From Barthelona sp. PAP020 (taxonomy: Eukaryota): a stretch of 32,637 bases of DNA. Positions 1 through 10,267 of the stretch are shown in pieces (position 1 is the first letter of the stretch; every line of letters begins with the position of its first letter). The stretch covers positions 1 through 32,637 of the forward strand of contig JARQWU010000101.1 of assembly GCA_040182905.1 (NCBI GenBank). Reading direction: 5' to 3'. Under the pieces are notes generated by a model that had not been told where the DNA came from, did not search any database, and worked only from the letters and a program-made list of their open reading frames with translations. A program made the translations under genes and the position numbers.

Positions 1-1
1 C

Positions 2-1048
2 GGCTACCAATTGTCTTATGACTTGAGTATCAATATTCAAAGCCATAAGATTCGACAATACATAGCCACCATCCCTTGACAATCGAATGAGTTCCGCCTC
101 ATGTGAGGCGTCATAGTCAACGACAATTGAATAGATTTTGATGACATTCCCTGCACATCTTCCACACGCTATTTGTCTCTTATCAGGGGATATAGCAAAG
201 GAAAAATGGGAAGCATCACAACCACAATGCACCTTTTGAATTTGCTGATAGGTTTCAACATTAAATGAGGTAATATAGCCATCACCAGACATAATAAGCA
301 GGATATAGGGGGATAAGAAATGAAGACAAAATACTTGACCACCCATATCAAATGTATGAACGAGTGATTCGTCGTTCATGTCCCAGAGTTTGACTTTGGT
401 TGAATGATCACCTGCAGCAATCATTCTTTCAGTTGGGTGGAAATCAATAGCTCTAATTCCCCAACCTTGACTGAATGTACGAACAACAGACAAATCATCT
501 GGGTCAACCAACTTGGCAATACCATCACCACCTCCAGTCAAAAGATATTTACCATCCATTGATAGTTTCACTCTCCAAATAGGATTATTCGAAATTCTCT
601 TTTCCAAGACAATCATCTCATCATTTGTGTTACTTTTCGTAAGAGTTCCATTGCGATCACCATAATATACATAATTTGAACAAGAAGAAAAACAAATTCC
701 ATGAATATAAGTTCCAACATTCAATCTACACAAGATGGAGAAATCTGGAAGGCTGTATACAATGATAGACTTATCCTCGGAACATGTTGCCAACTTCTGC
801 CCATTTGGTGAAATGGCAATGTCACAAACCTTCGCTGTATGTTCTTTCAATGTACGATTCAATATTCCAGTTGCTACATCAATAACATGAACAGCTGCAT
901 AACTACCAACAACCAATTGTTTACCATTTGGCAAGTATTTACCGTCAAATAAATAATTAGAAATCACATTCGCAATTTCAACTTCACTATTTTCATCAAT
1001 ATTTTGAGGAAACAAACCACGTATATCACCATTTAATTCAACAGCCAT
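2..1048 (-). CDS. WD40-repeat protein (3' end runs off the left edge of the window)
   Basis: Missing from the ORF track because it has no stop in the window. Manual translation from the ATG at 1048 gives MAVELNGDIRG...EHTAKVCDIAISPNGQKLATCSEDKSIIVY...FHPTERMIAAGDHSTKVKLWD..., typical WD40 repeats, in frame to position 2. Confidence 0.88.
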   Translation of the reverse strand, partial: MAVELNGDIRGLFPQNIDENSEVEIANVISNYLFDGKYLPNGKQLVVGSYAAVHVIDVATGILNRTLKEHTAKVCDIAISPNGQKLATCSEDKSIIVYSLPDFSILCRLNVGTYIHGICFSSCSNYVYYGDRNGTLTKSNTNDEMIVLEKRISNNPIWRVKLSMDGKYLLTGGGDGIAKLVDPDDLSVVRTFSQGWGIRAIDFHPTERMIAAGDHSTKVKLWDMNDESLVHTFDMGGQVFCLHFLSPYILLIMSGDGYITSFNVETYQQIQKVHCGCDASHFSFAISPDKRQIACGRCAGNVIKIYSIVVDYDASHEAELIRLSRDGGYVLSNLMALNIDTQVIRQLVA

Positions 1049-1271
1049 AATAAACTAACAAAAAAAAAAGGAATTAATGGAAATAAAATAGAAATATGCG
1101 ATTGACTGGAAATTTTCAAAATATTTCCAAAATTCAAATTGCAAATATTCACCTCATCTCAATGAACGATGTTGACAAATATTCGTTGCGTGTGGTTGTT
1201 TTGTTTTTAGATTTGGTTGAACTCCTCTTTCTTTGATATTTAATAAACTATACAACCTATTTTGGTGATTA

Positions 1272-1766
1272 AGGGATTATGGTGTTAAATTAAGGCCATT
1301 TTATCTGTTTATTGTGTGGAATTGATGTTTGTAACATAACACATTTAAATAGACTTCGATAATTTTTTTTTATTTTTCTTCTTATACGAACCCCTTCCGA
1401 ACTTACCCAAATCAGAGACTGGGAATCTCAATTGACTAATAAATAATAAATCTTAATCTTTATTATTTTCGGGGGGTCCAGCGTTCCTGAAAGGAACCTC
1501 TCTTTTTTGAGACCTACTCTTTCATAGGCTTTCGTAGGAGAGCTATGCTCTATGCGGGGTGTGAAATATTGCATTACTAATTGCACAAAAGATCTTAACG
1601 CCCTGATCTCTTTAAAATTTATCCTAATTGTGCAAGGTTTCGTGCATTCACTGTGGCAGGTCAAAAATTTGGGGGTAGGTTAAGGAAAAGTTCCGTACCT
1701 CGAGGGAAAAAGGAAGATTCGGAAAATTTCGATTCGCAAGAATAATGGGCTTGTGAATAGCCCTCA
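1272..1766 (+). ncRNA. Unassigned large structured RNA candidate A (core 1385-1766; 5' boundary uncertain)
   Basis: GC-enriched intergenic island with nested helices: 1385-1412/1667-1697, 1432-1437/1659-1664, 1441-1450/1459-1468, 1483-1488/1492-1497, 1508-1515/1635-1642, 1581-1588/1628-1635, 1747-1751/1759-1763, followed by a T-run at 1767-1777. G-U pairs favour the + strand. Confidence 0.6.
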
Positions 1767-1811
1767 TTTTTTTTTTTGAAAAAATAAAACTACAAAACCT
1801 TTACAAATGTT

Positions 1812-2834
1812 TTAAAAAACCTTGGTACCATTTTCCAAGTCTTTTCCTAAAAAATAAATGTCTTTCAAGAAAAGAATTTCTTTTTCAACCATATTCAAGT
1901 TATTTAAAATGTCGACATCTTCTGTACCTAAAATCAAACTTTTTTGAAATGTTTGGGCTTCTTGATTCATATCCTTCCTATTCAACAAATCAATGTATTG
2001 ACGTTTCATGGAAGCTCTGTCCAATAAATTTTTAACAGCAAAGGAGACTTTTCCTTGATTTGATACTTGATTTGTGTTTTGTATCAGCAAACTGACACTA
2101 TCTTGCTCAGCTTGAAGATTTTGAATTCTCAAATTCTCAAGTTGTGACATAAGTATGGATACTTTCGAATTATTTTGCAAAGTCATCTGTTCAATATATT
2201 GTGAAGTTTCCCTAGTAGCCTTTCTTAACTTATCAATTTTTGCTTGTAAGTCTTGTTGTTGTTCTAACAAATCAATTTGAATCATACTAAGAGTTTCATA
2301 ACGTTTAAAAACATCAGAAACATCCTGAAACTCCATATCTCTCGAAACGTTCATAGTTGAAGAAGAATCATGTGTCGTTTCGTCTTGAGAAGCCAATAAC
2401 TCAATAAATTGAGTGTAATTTACATATTTTTTCTTTCTTTCTTTCAATAATTCAATTTCTTTAATAACGTTTTCCAATTCTATCTTGACTTCATTGATTT
2501 GTTCAATTGCTTGTTTGTTCAAATCTTTTTCTTTTTCTTTCTTTTTAATAGCTCTTGTAATCTTACGTTTTGAATCTTGAATTGATATTTCATCCAAACG
2601 ATTGTTGCGTTCTAATTCAGATTTATCATCAATCAATTTTTCTTCTTCTTCATCTAATAATTTTGTATATCGTCTATATTCTTGTCTCTTTGAATCAAGC
2701 GCTGTTTGGGCTTGTTTTTCTAATTGTTTTAACAATAATATTCTACTTTCAGCTGAATATCCTTTTGTTTCTGTTAATTTAAATATATCATTTGGATCTT
2801 GTGCCTCTTCGACAGGTTGTAAATACTCATTCAT
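1812..2834 (-). CDS. CCDC42/CFAP73-like (DUF4200) cilia/flagella coiled-coil protein
   Basis: 340-aa coiled coil containing EFQDVSDVFKRYETL, which resembles the EFxEIxxxxxRYxTL motif of CCDC42/CFAP73. Confidence 0.7.
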   Translation of the reverse strand: MNEYLQPVEEAQDPNDIFKLTETKGYSAESRILLLKQLEKQAQTALDSKRQEYRRYTKLLDEEEEKLIDDKSELERNNRLDEISIQDSKRKITRAIKKKEKEKDLNKQAIEQINEVKIELENVIKEIELLKERKKKYVNYTQFIELLASQDETTHDSSSTMNVSRDMEFQDVSDVFKRYETLSMIQIDLLEQQQDLQAKIDKLRKATRETSQYIEQMTLQNNSKVSILMSQLENLRIQNLQAEQDSVSLLIQNTNQVSNQGKVSFAVKNLLDRASMKRQYIDLLNRKDMNQEAQTFQKSLILGTEDVDILNNLNMVEKEILFLKDIYFLGKDLENGTKVF

Positions 2835-3037
2835 TGTTCAATGAATAATAAATAGAAATTTAAAAATTTCGTTTTTTTTAATTTCATATTGTAACTTTTA
2901 AGAAAGAGAATAATAAACATTGAATGTTTTTATACTTTATCAAAATGCAACAAGAATATAGATTTGAATGATTAAAAATCAAGAAATGTTTTCCCATTTA
3001 TATTTAAACAATTTCATAGACGATTCAACAGTTTCAT

Positions 3038-3670
3038 CTATTCTATTGGTTCCTTTTTAAAAGGTTCTTCTTCTTTTTTTTCATCATCATCATCATTGTT
3101 CAAAAAGTCAGCCAATTCATCAATTTGTTCATTTTTAGCCAATTCTTGTTCATGTATTACATCTTCTTCAGCTTGTTTGTCATCTAATTCATTCTCTGAA
3201 TCAGCAAAGATGTCCATAACTAATCCTTCTCTGTTTTCACAACAACAGACTTTTATTTGGGGTAAATAATCAAAAACTTCTTGAATTCTTGATGTCCAAA
3301 TGTCATCTGAAAGATCTAAAAGATGTAAATTTGGAAAATCTTTCAGTATTTCCAACTGTTCTAAAGTATTAATCTTTTTATTCCCAGCTAAGTATAAATA
3401 TTCAATATTAGGACAAGATTTCAATCCAGTTATGTCTCTAATTCTATTATCTGCCAAAGATAAATTTACCAAATGTTTGAGAGAAGGAAACCCATCTAAA
3501 TTACGTAATTTACACAAATTTGCAGAAAGAACTTTAACGTTGGGGAAAACGTTGGGAAAATCGGTAAAGTCTTTTGCTTTAAAACCATCCAAATATAATT
3601 CGTTAATTTGATCAAGTGGAATATTATCTTCTTTTGATTCTTGAATAATTCGTTCAATTTCTTCTTGCAT
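3038..3670 (-). CDS. ANP32-like acidic leucine-rich repeat protein
   Basis: INELYLD..., LRNLDGFPSLKHLVNLSLADNRI, LYLAGN, LEILKDFPNLHLLDL LRRs plus an acidic C-terminal tail. Confidence 0.8.
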   Translation of the reverse strand: MQEEIERIIQESKEDNIPLDQINELYLDGFKAKDFTDFPNVFPNVKVLSANLCKLRNLDGFPSLKHLVNLSLADNRIRDITGLKSCPNIEYLYLAGNKKINTLEQLEILKDFPNLHLLDLSDDIWTSRIQEVFDYLPQIKVCCCENREGLVMDIFADSENELDDKQAEEDVIHEQELAKNEQIDELADFLNNDDDDEKKEEEPFKKEPIE

Positions 3671-3741
3671 TATTAGGAAAGAAAAAAAAAAAAAAAAGGT
3701 TCTTTTTTATTTGTGATAGAATACAATTTCACAACAAATCA

Positions 3742-4494
3742 TTAGTTGCGGCCACCAATAAGTGCTAAAATATAGATGAATAGATAGATAATATCGATGT
3801 ATAATTCTGCGCAAACTAAAGCCCAATCGTCAGGATCTTCATTTTCTTCTACAAGTCTGTTGGTGTCAAAAATAATAAATAATGAGAAAAAAACGCAATA
3901 TAGGAAACAATAAAGTGAATAAAGGGCACTAAATCCAGAAGACCCTCCAACACTATAATAGCAAATCCATGTTATTGGGTAAGAAAAAATAAGTGAGAAA
4001 GACAAAATAATAATTATTGAAGCAACGATTTCCATTTTAAAACGTCTTTGCCAAGTTAAAATAGTCATAATAATGAAAATTGCCAAAGTTAAAGCAGCAG
4101 CTGAAAGAACAACAGGTGCTTCATAAGCACAACACATAAGTCCGACTACATAACTTATTGCAAGTGTAAAAGCTAATAAAGTCAAAAGATTATATGGATA
4201 AAGACTTTTCACAAACGCTAAAACAATAAGGGAAACAATTACTACAACAACTGACGTGATTAAAGCGGGAACAGAAATTAAAGATGATGTTGCAGGAATA
4301 TTATACATAAAAGTACATACAATTACAGTAATCAACAATTGAACACAAAGAACACCATAAACTCTTCTTACGAATCCCATATATATCAAATCATCAACAC
4401 TGACAGTATTATCATCAATGACAGGTTCATTTTCATAATTTTCATAACTTTCCTGATAATATTCCTGTTTCTGACTATTTTGATTGATTTCCAT
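3742..4494 (-). CDS. Bax inhibitor-1/lifeguard (TMBIM) family membrane protein
   Basis: GFVRRVYGVLCVQLLIT, YPYNLLTLLAFTL, FIIFDT and ELYIDIIYLFIYIL motifs; about 7 TM helices. Confidence 0.9.
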   Translation of the reverse strand: MEINQNSQKQEYYQESYENYENEPVIDDNTVSVDDLIYMGFVRRVYGVLCVQLLITVIVCTFMYNIPATSSLISVPALITSVVVVIVSLIVLAFVKSLYPYNLLTLLAFTLAISYVVGLMCCAYEAPVVLSAAALTLAIFIIMTILTWQRRFKMEIVASIIIILSFSLIFSYPITWICYYSVGGSSGFSALYSLYCFLYCVFFSLFIIFDTNRLVEENEDPDDWALVCAELYIDIIYLFIYILALIGGRN

Positions 4495-4793
4495 TGGAAT
4501 TAAACTTTCAATGATGAAAAAAAAATTGTTGGTAATGGGTTCCCAGATTAGAATTTTATAAAATTAATCTTTTTGGAGATTTTTCAAAATATCTTAATTT
4601 GTCAGATTTTACAATATTTTAAAGATTGAAACAAATAGAATTGCTATTTTACACATAAAAACAATATTCAACGATTAATTCCAGAAATAAATTGGTTGAA
4701 AAAAAATAATTGCTCTAAAAAACAAAAAAAGCTTTCTTTACACAGTTCATGATTTATAACTCATAAATGAATTTAGAGAGTTGAACTATTGAA

Positions 4794-6788
4794 CTATTGA
4801 GATTCAATCTCTGGTTCATTCTGTTCCTGTTGTTGCTGTTGTTGGGGTTGATCTTGTTCTTCTTGTTGTTGTTCTTCTTGTTGTTGTTGATCTTGTTGAG
4901 GTTGATCTTGTTGAGATTGTTGTTGTTCAGGTTGCACTTGACGATCCCTTTCTTCAAGTTCTTCTTTCTTCTTATTTTCTCTTCTTTTTTCTTCTTGTTT
5001 GCGGATTTTTCCATGTTTGATTTGTTCAGCAACTATATTGGCTAAATCACGAATAACAGCAGTCTTTGAAGGATAACCAGCAAAAGAACTTGTTAAATCT
5101 TCAATTTTAAGTTTATTGTGAATTGCAAAGCATAAAGGTTGAATAATTTCTTCCGCATTTCTATCAACAACTGTTGCACCATATATTTTTCCATCTTTAT
5201 CAACAACAAGTGTCACATATCCCAAACGATCATCATCAATTTGAGATTTCATAGTTCTATCCAAGGGTAATGTAAACGTCTTCATGTGCTTGTCTTTGTA
5301 TTTCTTTTCAGTTTGTAAAAAGGTTAAAGATTCGCCGAATTGAGCAATTTGAGGTTGACTGTACACTAACAATGGAGATAACCTAGAAGCATGCTGTGTT
5401 TTATTTATTGAATTGCTGACAGCCAATCTAGCCTGATTAATTGATTGTTCTTGCCAAGCAACGTCATAAGAATCAGTAGCGACTGAACCGATTGCAAAAA
5501 TTTTTGGATTATGAGTTTGTAAACATTTGTTAACCTTGATCAAACCGTTATCACGACAGGTAATCTTAGCATTATGACAGTCCAATGCTTCAGTATTTGG
5601 CATGCCTCCACATGCAACTAAAATTTGATCCACCTTAATTTGACCAGTTTTCATGTAAACAGATCTTAATTTTCCACGTTTTTCGACAGAAATGACGTTG
5701 GTTTTTTCATTGAGAGAAATATGGTCTTTCATCAATGCTTGACGTACCACTTCAACAGCACAATCATCAAAATTTGGTAAAATAGTTCCTGAAGTAATTA
5801 AATGAACATGAGTTCCCAAAGAAGATAGTGATTGAGCCAATTCAACCGCTTTTGGACTGGATCCGATAATAGCAAGAGTTGAAGGTAATTTTTCAAGTGT
5901 AAAGATATCTCCAGGGGTCAAAAATCCAATTTCTTTTAAATTTGTAATATCAGGAACTGTTTGAGTAACACCAGTTGCAACGATGGCACGATGAAATTTA
6001 ATTTCATGGTCACCAACCTTCACAATATCTTCAGCCATGAATTTTGCATTACCAACAAAAATATCCACTCCATTTTCACGCAATTTTTGATAGTTAAACT
6101 TGAGATATTGCAGATAATGTTGTTGCTCTAACTTATCTTGGAAAGACTCCCAGTTGAATTTGGGACGTGTGATGAATCCTTTTTTGTATAATTTCATTGC
6201 TTCTTTGAATTTCTCAGCAGCAGCACTGAGTGAAATGATGCCAATTTCAGAATTTGCAAGAAGCATACTGTCACCAACATTTCTTTCAATCAAAGCAACG
6301 GATGATCCATAGTTGCGAGCTTCCAAAGCAGCAGTGATACCAGCTTGTCCTCCACCAATAACAATGGTTGAATATTCTTCACAAGGTAATACTTTATGAC
6401 CAATGAATGACCCTTCAACAGAACATAACTCTCTTAAAGCTTCATTATCAAGAGGATCAACAATTTTCATATCTCTTAAGCGTTGTTTACGACGCATTTC
6501 ATTTTCAATTTCGGCAGGAAGAGGTTTTTTCATTAAACGAGAAAATTCAGGTTTCCAATCATCAGTAGGAAGAGGAGGAGGAGTAGGAACACGAATAAAT
6601 ATTTTGTCATCAGTCAAAGCATTCTTTGTTACCAAATCAGCAGTTGCTTTCAATTGAGGATCAACAATATTTCCAATACCAGATGCAATATTTTTCTCAA
6701 CATCCATCGTTTGTTCATCTAAAGTTTTAGTTACTCTTTGAGTGGTAACTTGTTCTTTTTGAACAACATTTGTTTCTAATGAAGACAT
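4794..6788 (-). CDS. Class I pyridine nucleotide-disulfide oxidoreductase-like protein (DLD/MerA-like) lacking the redox cysteines; poly-Q/E tail
   Basis: FAD motif IVIGGGQAGITAA, IVATG, LQTHNPKIFAIGS, dimerisation domain GKIYGATVV. The first true ATG is at 6788 (MSSLETN); the track start is a TTG. Confidence 0.85.
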   Translation of the reverse strand: MSSLETNVVQKEQVTTQRVTKTLDEQTMDVEKNIASGIGNIVDPQLKATADLVTKNALTDDKIFIRVPTPPPLPTDDWKPEFSRLMKKPLPAEIENEMRRKQRLRDMKIVDPLDNEALRELCSVEGSFIGHKVLPCEEYSTIVIGGGQAGITAALEARNYGSSVALIERNVGDSMLLANSEIGIISLSAAAEKFKEAMKLYKKGFITRPKFNWESFQDKLEQQHYLQYLKFNYQKLRENGVDIFVGNAKFMAEDIVKVGDHEIKFHRAIVATGVTQTVPDITNLKEIGFLTPGDIFTLEKLPSTLAIIGSSPKAVELAQSLSSLGTHVHLITSGTILPNFDDCAVEVVRQALMKDHISLNEKTNVISVEKRGKLRSVYMKTGQIKVDQILVACGGMPNTEALDCHNAKITCRDNGLIKVNKCLQTHNPKIFAIGSVATDSYDVAWQEQSINQARLAVSNSINKTQHASRLSPLLVYSQPQIAQFGESLTFLQTEKKYKDKHMKTFTLPLDRTMKSQIDDDRLGYVTLVVDKDGKIYGATVVDRNAEEIIQPLCFAIHNKLKIEDLTSSFAGYPSKTAVIRDLANIVAEQIKHGKIRKQEEKRRENKKKEELEERDRQVQPEQQQSQQDQPQQDQQQQEEQQQEEQDQPQQQQQQEQNEPEIESQ

Positions 6789-7014
6789 TCTGGAACAAAT
6801 AAACAAAAAAATAATAATAAATATTGTTTAAAAGATATTACAGGTTATTTGACGTTACTGTACATCAAAAAAAAATCACATCACATCAAAATGATTTTTT
6901 CCAACATTGTGATTGTTTTAAATTATTCTTATACAACATTTAAGGAACCGAAACATTTTTAAATCACTGAATTTGGAATGTAAAAAAAAAAAATGTTACA
7001 AATTAAATAATTTT

Positions 7015-9939
7015 ATGCCACTTCACAAAGCACACACTTTTTACAGAGCGAATAAAGTAGCTCTAAATGTTCGAAGAAATGCTGATCGAGATGCTGCAAG
7101 AACTGGTGATGTTGTTGTTGAAAAAAAAGATGTAACCGCAATGGAAGTACCAAAAGTAATTGTTGTTTGTGGACCATCTGGTTGTGGAAAGAGTACTTTG
7201 ATACGCTCTTTAGTTAATAATTACACTTCCAAAATTATTGATCATATTTCGGGACCAATTTCCATAGTAAGCAATAATAAAAGTAGAGTCACATACATAG
7301 AGTGTAATAATGATTTATCAGCCATGATTGATTTGTCAAAAGTTGCAGATTTAATACTTTTGATGATTGACGGAAGAAATGAAGTTTATTCTATGGAAAC
7401 TTTTGAAATGTTGAACATTTTACAGATCACTGGTATGCCCCAAGTGATGGGAATTGTCTCTCATTTTGATGAAATAAAATCTAATACCCAAGCTAAAGCT
7501 CGCAAAAAAAAATTCACTGCTCGTTTTCATAAGGAGGTGTATAATAGAGCACCTATATTTTTTTTCAATAGAGTGAATAAATCAGGCAAACTTTATGATG
7601 AAAAGATTGTCATTAATAAATTACGTCGTGAAATTGCCCAAGTTAAGTTTCCAAAGAAAAGAGAATGGAGACAACATCACCCTTATATCCTTGTTGATCG
7701 TTTTGAAGATGTTACTGATGAAAATGAGCTTGAGAAGCATCGAAAAGATGGGCAAGAATTGGACCAAGTGTCTATCAATAGAAATGTTGCTTTTTATGGA
7801 TTTGTAAGAGGTTGTCCAATTAAGAATGATCAAGAAGATGTTCATATTATCGGTGTCAGTGATTGTAAAGTTGTTTCAATCACAAAAGCTGGTGATCCTG
7901 TACGTTTACCAGATGAAACTGACAAAAACAGACGATTAACTCGTGAATTAAGAGCTTTATATGCACCACAAACTGATGTTGGTGAATTAGTTATTGATTC
8001 TGATGCTATTTATGTTAATATTGCTGAAACATTAGATGAAAAGAATGCTAGAGGCGGAGAAATGTTGAAAGAGTTACGTGTTCAAAAAGATGATTCTTTT
8101 TTGCATGAAGACAGTGATGAAGACCTAGAATTGCTACCAGGAATCAATTTTAAATTGGCAGAAGAGCAAAATAATTCCGAACTTGAAGATAATGACCACA
8201 ATAACAACATTGATTCTGAAGACCTTTTTTCAGTCAATTTTTCCAATCAAAATTCAGGTCCAGAACGAGTTAATGTCGATGATCTCGATAAACTTGCTTT
8301 TTCAGATTCTGATTCGGACTCTATTTCTGAATCTGAGACAAGTTCTGAATCAGACTCGGAAAGTGAAGAAGAAAGTGCTGACCAATCAGACAGTAACAAT
8401 ACTATTGAAAACAATGCTGAAAATCTTGGTTTACGTGTGGAAAGTGAAGAGAGTGACAGTGATTATGATTCTGAAGAAGAGGATAATGAAGAAGAAGACA
8501 ATGAAGAAGAAGATTTAAATGATGATTCTGATTCTGAAGCTAAAGTAGCACCATCACACACACAAAAAAAGTCTAATCGTCTGAGCAAAAAAGAAATTTG
8601 GGAAAAGAAACAAGCTTCAATTAAAAAAATGAAAAAAGAGTTGGGATTACATTTTCCTAAAGAAGAAAAAATGAACAGATTGCTTGCTGAAGCTGAGCAA
8701 CGTGAAGAAGATTTTGTCAGTAAGTTATCTGAAGAAGCAAAAGAGAAAATGGTTGGCCATGTTGTTGGTGCATACGTACGAATTGAATTATCAGATGTTC
8801 CTGTTGAATATGTTTGGAAAAAGGAAGAAATGAAGCAAAACAACGATATTACCATCATTGGTGTGTTTCCCAAGGCAGAAAGCAAAGAAACTATGCTTAA
8901 TTCAAAGGTCAAACGCCACAGATGGTATGCAAAATTGTTAAAATCTTCAAATCCAGTGATTGTTTCAGCTGGTTGGAGGCGTTTTCAGACAATTCCTGTA
9001 TTTTGTATGCATGATGAGTATTTGAAAAGTGAAGGAGAGCGATTTAGATTTTTGAAGTATTCACCAGAGCATCTTCATTGTAACATGGTGTTTTACGGTC
9101 CTCTATTACCTCAAAACACTCCTTTTTTTTGCATGGAATACATGAATAATGATGTTCGTAACTTCAGAATAGCTTTGTCTGGTGTTGTTATTGAAAGCAA
9201 AGAATCTATCCCTGTTGGTAAAAAGTTAAAAGTTGTTGGATATCCACATCAAATAAGTGGAAACACGGCGTTTGTGAAAGATATGTTCACAACATCTATT
9301 GAAGCTAGCAGATTTATTGGAGCCAGTGTTCGAACAGTTTCTGGTTTAAGAGGTATCATAAAGGCAGCACCCAATCAGGGATTTCCTGAAGGTACGGTGA
9401 GGTGTACTTTTGAAGATACAGTATTAAGATCAGATATAGTGACTTTGAAAGGTTGGGTTCCTGTTCCTTTACCCAAGATGTATAATCCAATGACTGACAA
9501 GTTAGGTTTATGGAGACGCATGAAAACTATTGGTGAATTGAGGTTTAATAGAGGGAAAAAAGCTGAATTTAAGAAGGATTCAGTTTATACCCCAATTGAA
9601 AGGAAAGAAAGACATTTTAATAAGCCTAAATTGCCTACATCTTTACAGACTAATTTGCCATTCAAAACAACACATAAGCTGACCGAAGGAAAGACAGATT
9701 ACGAAAAGAGAAGAATGATTATTCCTACTGAACAAGATAGAGAGAGAAATAAGGCATTGGCTGATTTAAGATTGGTGAAATCAAAGAAAGCTAAAGTTCA
9801 AAATCAGAAGCACAAAGATTTTTTGAAAAAGCAGAAAAAAATGCAAGATGATTTACAAGCTCAATTGGATGCCAAAATCAGAGAAAGACGTTCAAAATAT
9901 TTTGCAGATCCAAACAATGCAAAAAAGGATCCAAAATAA
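7015..9939 (+). CDS. BMS1: Ribosome biogenesis GTPase BMS1
   Basis: P-loop GPSGCGKSTLIRSL, MIDLSKVADL, acidic middle region, KRHRWY..LKSSNP, GWRRFQT, RTVSGLRGIIK, TFED. First ATG at 7015. Confidence 0.96.
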   Translation: MPLHKAHTFYRANKVALNVRRNADRDAARTGDVVVEKKDVTAMEVPKVIVVCGPSGCGKSTLIRSLVNNYTSKIIDHISGPISIVSNNKSRVTYIECNNDLSAMIDLSKVADLILLMIDGRNEVYSMETFEMLNILQITGMPQVMGIVSHFDEIKSNTQAKARKKKFTARFHKEVYNRAPIFFFNRVNKSGKLYDEKIVINKLRREIAQVKFPKKREWRQHHPYILVDRFEDVTDENELEKHRKDGQELDQVSINRNVAFYGFVRGCPIKNDQEDVHIIGVSDCKVVSITKAGDPVRLPDETDKNRRLTRELRALYAPQTDVGELVIDSDAIYVNIAETLDEKNARGGEMLKELRVQKDDSFLHEDSDEDLELLPGINFKLAEEQNNSELEDNDHNNNIDSEDLFSVNFSNQNSGPERVNVDDLDKLAFSDSDSDSISESETSSESDSESEEESADQSDSNNTIENNAENLGLRVESEESDSDYDSEEEDNEEEDNEEEDLNDDSDSEAKVAPSHTQKKSNRLSKKEIWEKKQASIKKMKKELGLHFPKEEKMNRLLAEAEQREEDFVSKLSEEAKEKMVGHVVGAYVRIELSDVPVEYVWKKEEMKQNNDITIIGVFPKAESKETMLNSKVKRHRWYAKLLKSSNPVIVSAGWRRFQTIPVFCMHDEYLKSEGERFRFLKYSPEHLHCNMVFYGPLLPQNTPFFCMEYMNNDVRNFRIALSGVVIESKESIPVGKKLKVVGYPHQISGNTAFVKDMFTTSIEASRFIGASVRTVSGLRGIIKAAPNQGFPEGTVRCTFEDTVLRSDIVTLKGWVPVPLPKMYNPMTDKLGLWRRMKTIGELRFNRGKKAEFKKDSVYTPIERKERHFNKPKLPTSLQTNLPFKTTHKLTEGKTDYEKRRMIIPTEQDRERNKALADLRLVKSKKAKVQNQKHKDFLKKQKKMQDDLQAQLDAKIRERRSKYFADPNNAKKDPK

Positions 9940-10122
9940 TTATTATGTTTTTCTTGAAAGAAATGAAAACTTTTGTGAACAAAAAATCTCCAGTTTTTAT
10001 TTTTTATTTATTGTGATCATTTTATTTGACATCATTTGACCTTTTTGGAGAACAAACCAATTCTTTTGTAGTCTATTTTTTATTGATGATTCTATTCATC
10101 ACGGGATAAATTATTTGAAATT

Positions 10123-10124
<2 letters not shown>

Positions 10125-10163
<39 letters not shown>

Positions 10164-10172
10164 GTTATTATT
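10125..10172. repeat. (ATT)n microsatellite
   Basis: About 16 ATT units with one GTT interruption. Confidence 0.95.
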
Positions 10173-10267
10173 GGCAATTTACAATTTATTTGCTTTTGTT
10201 TAAAATAATTCATGGGAAAAAATCTTTGGCAATCGTTTGTCATTTTATTTTTGTGTTTTGAAACGAA

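Noticed and set aside
1428..1664. 78-aa minus-strand ORF
   Set aside because: Non-ATG start, no recognisable motifs, and it lies antisense to the structured RNA candidate.
1399..1701. U1 snRNA, group I intron or TPP riboswitch identity for candidate A (ACTTACC, ATTGCAC, AATTTGG; TCAGAGACT; TGAGA/CCTGAT)
   Set aside because: The motifs are isolated, in the wrong order or spacing, or buried in stems. There is no U1-70K loop and no group I S element, so the RNA is left unassigned.
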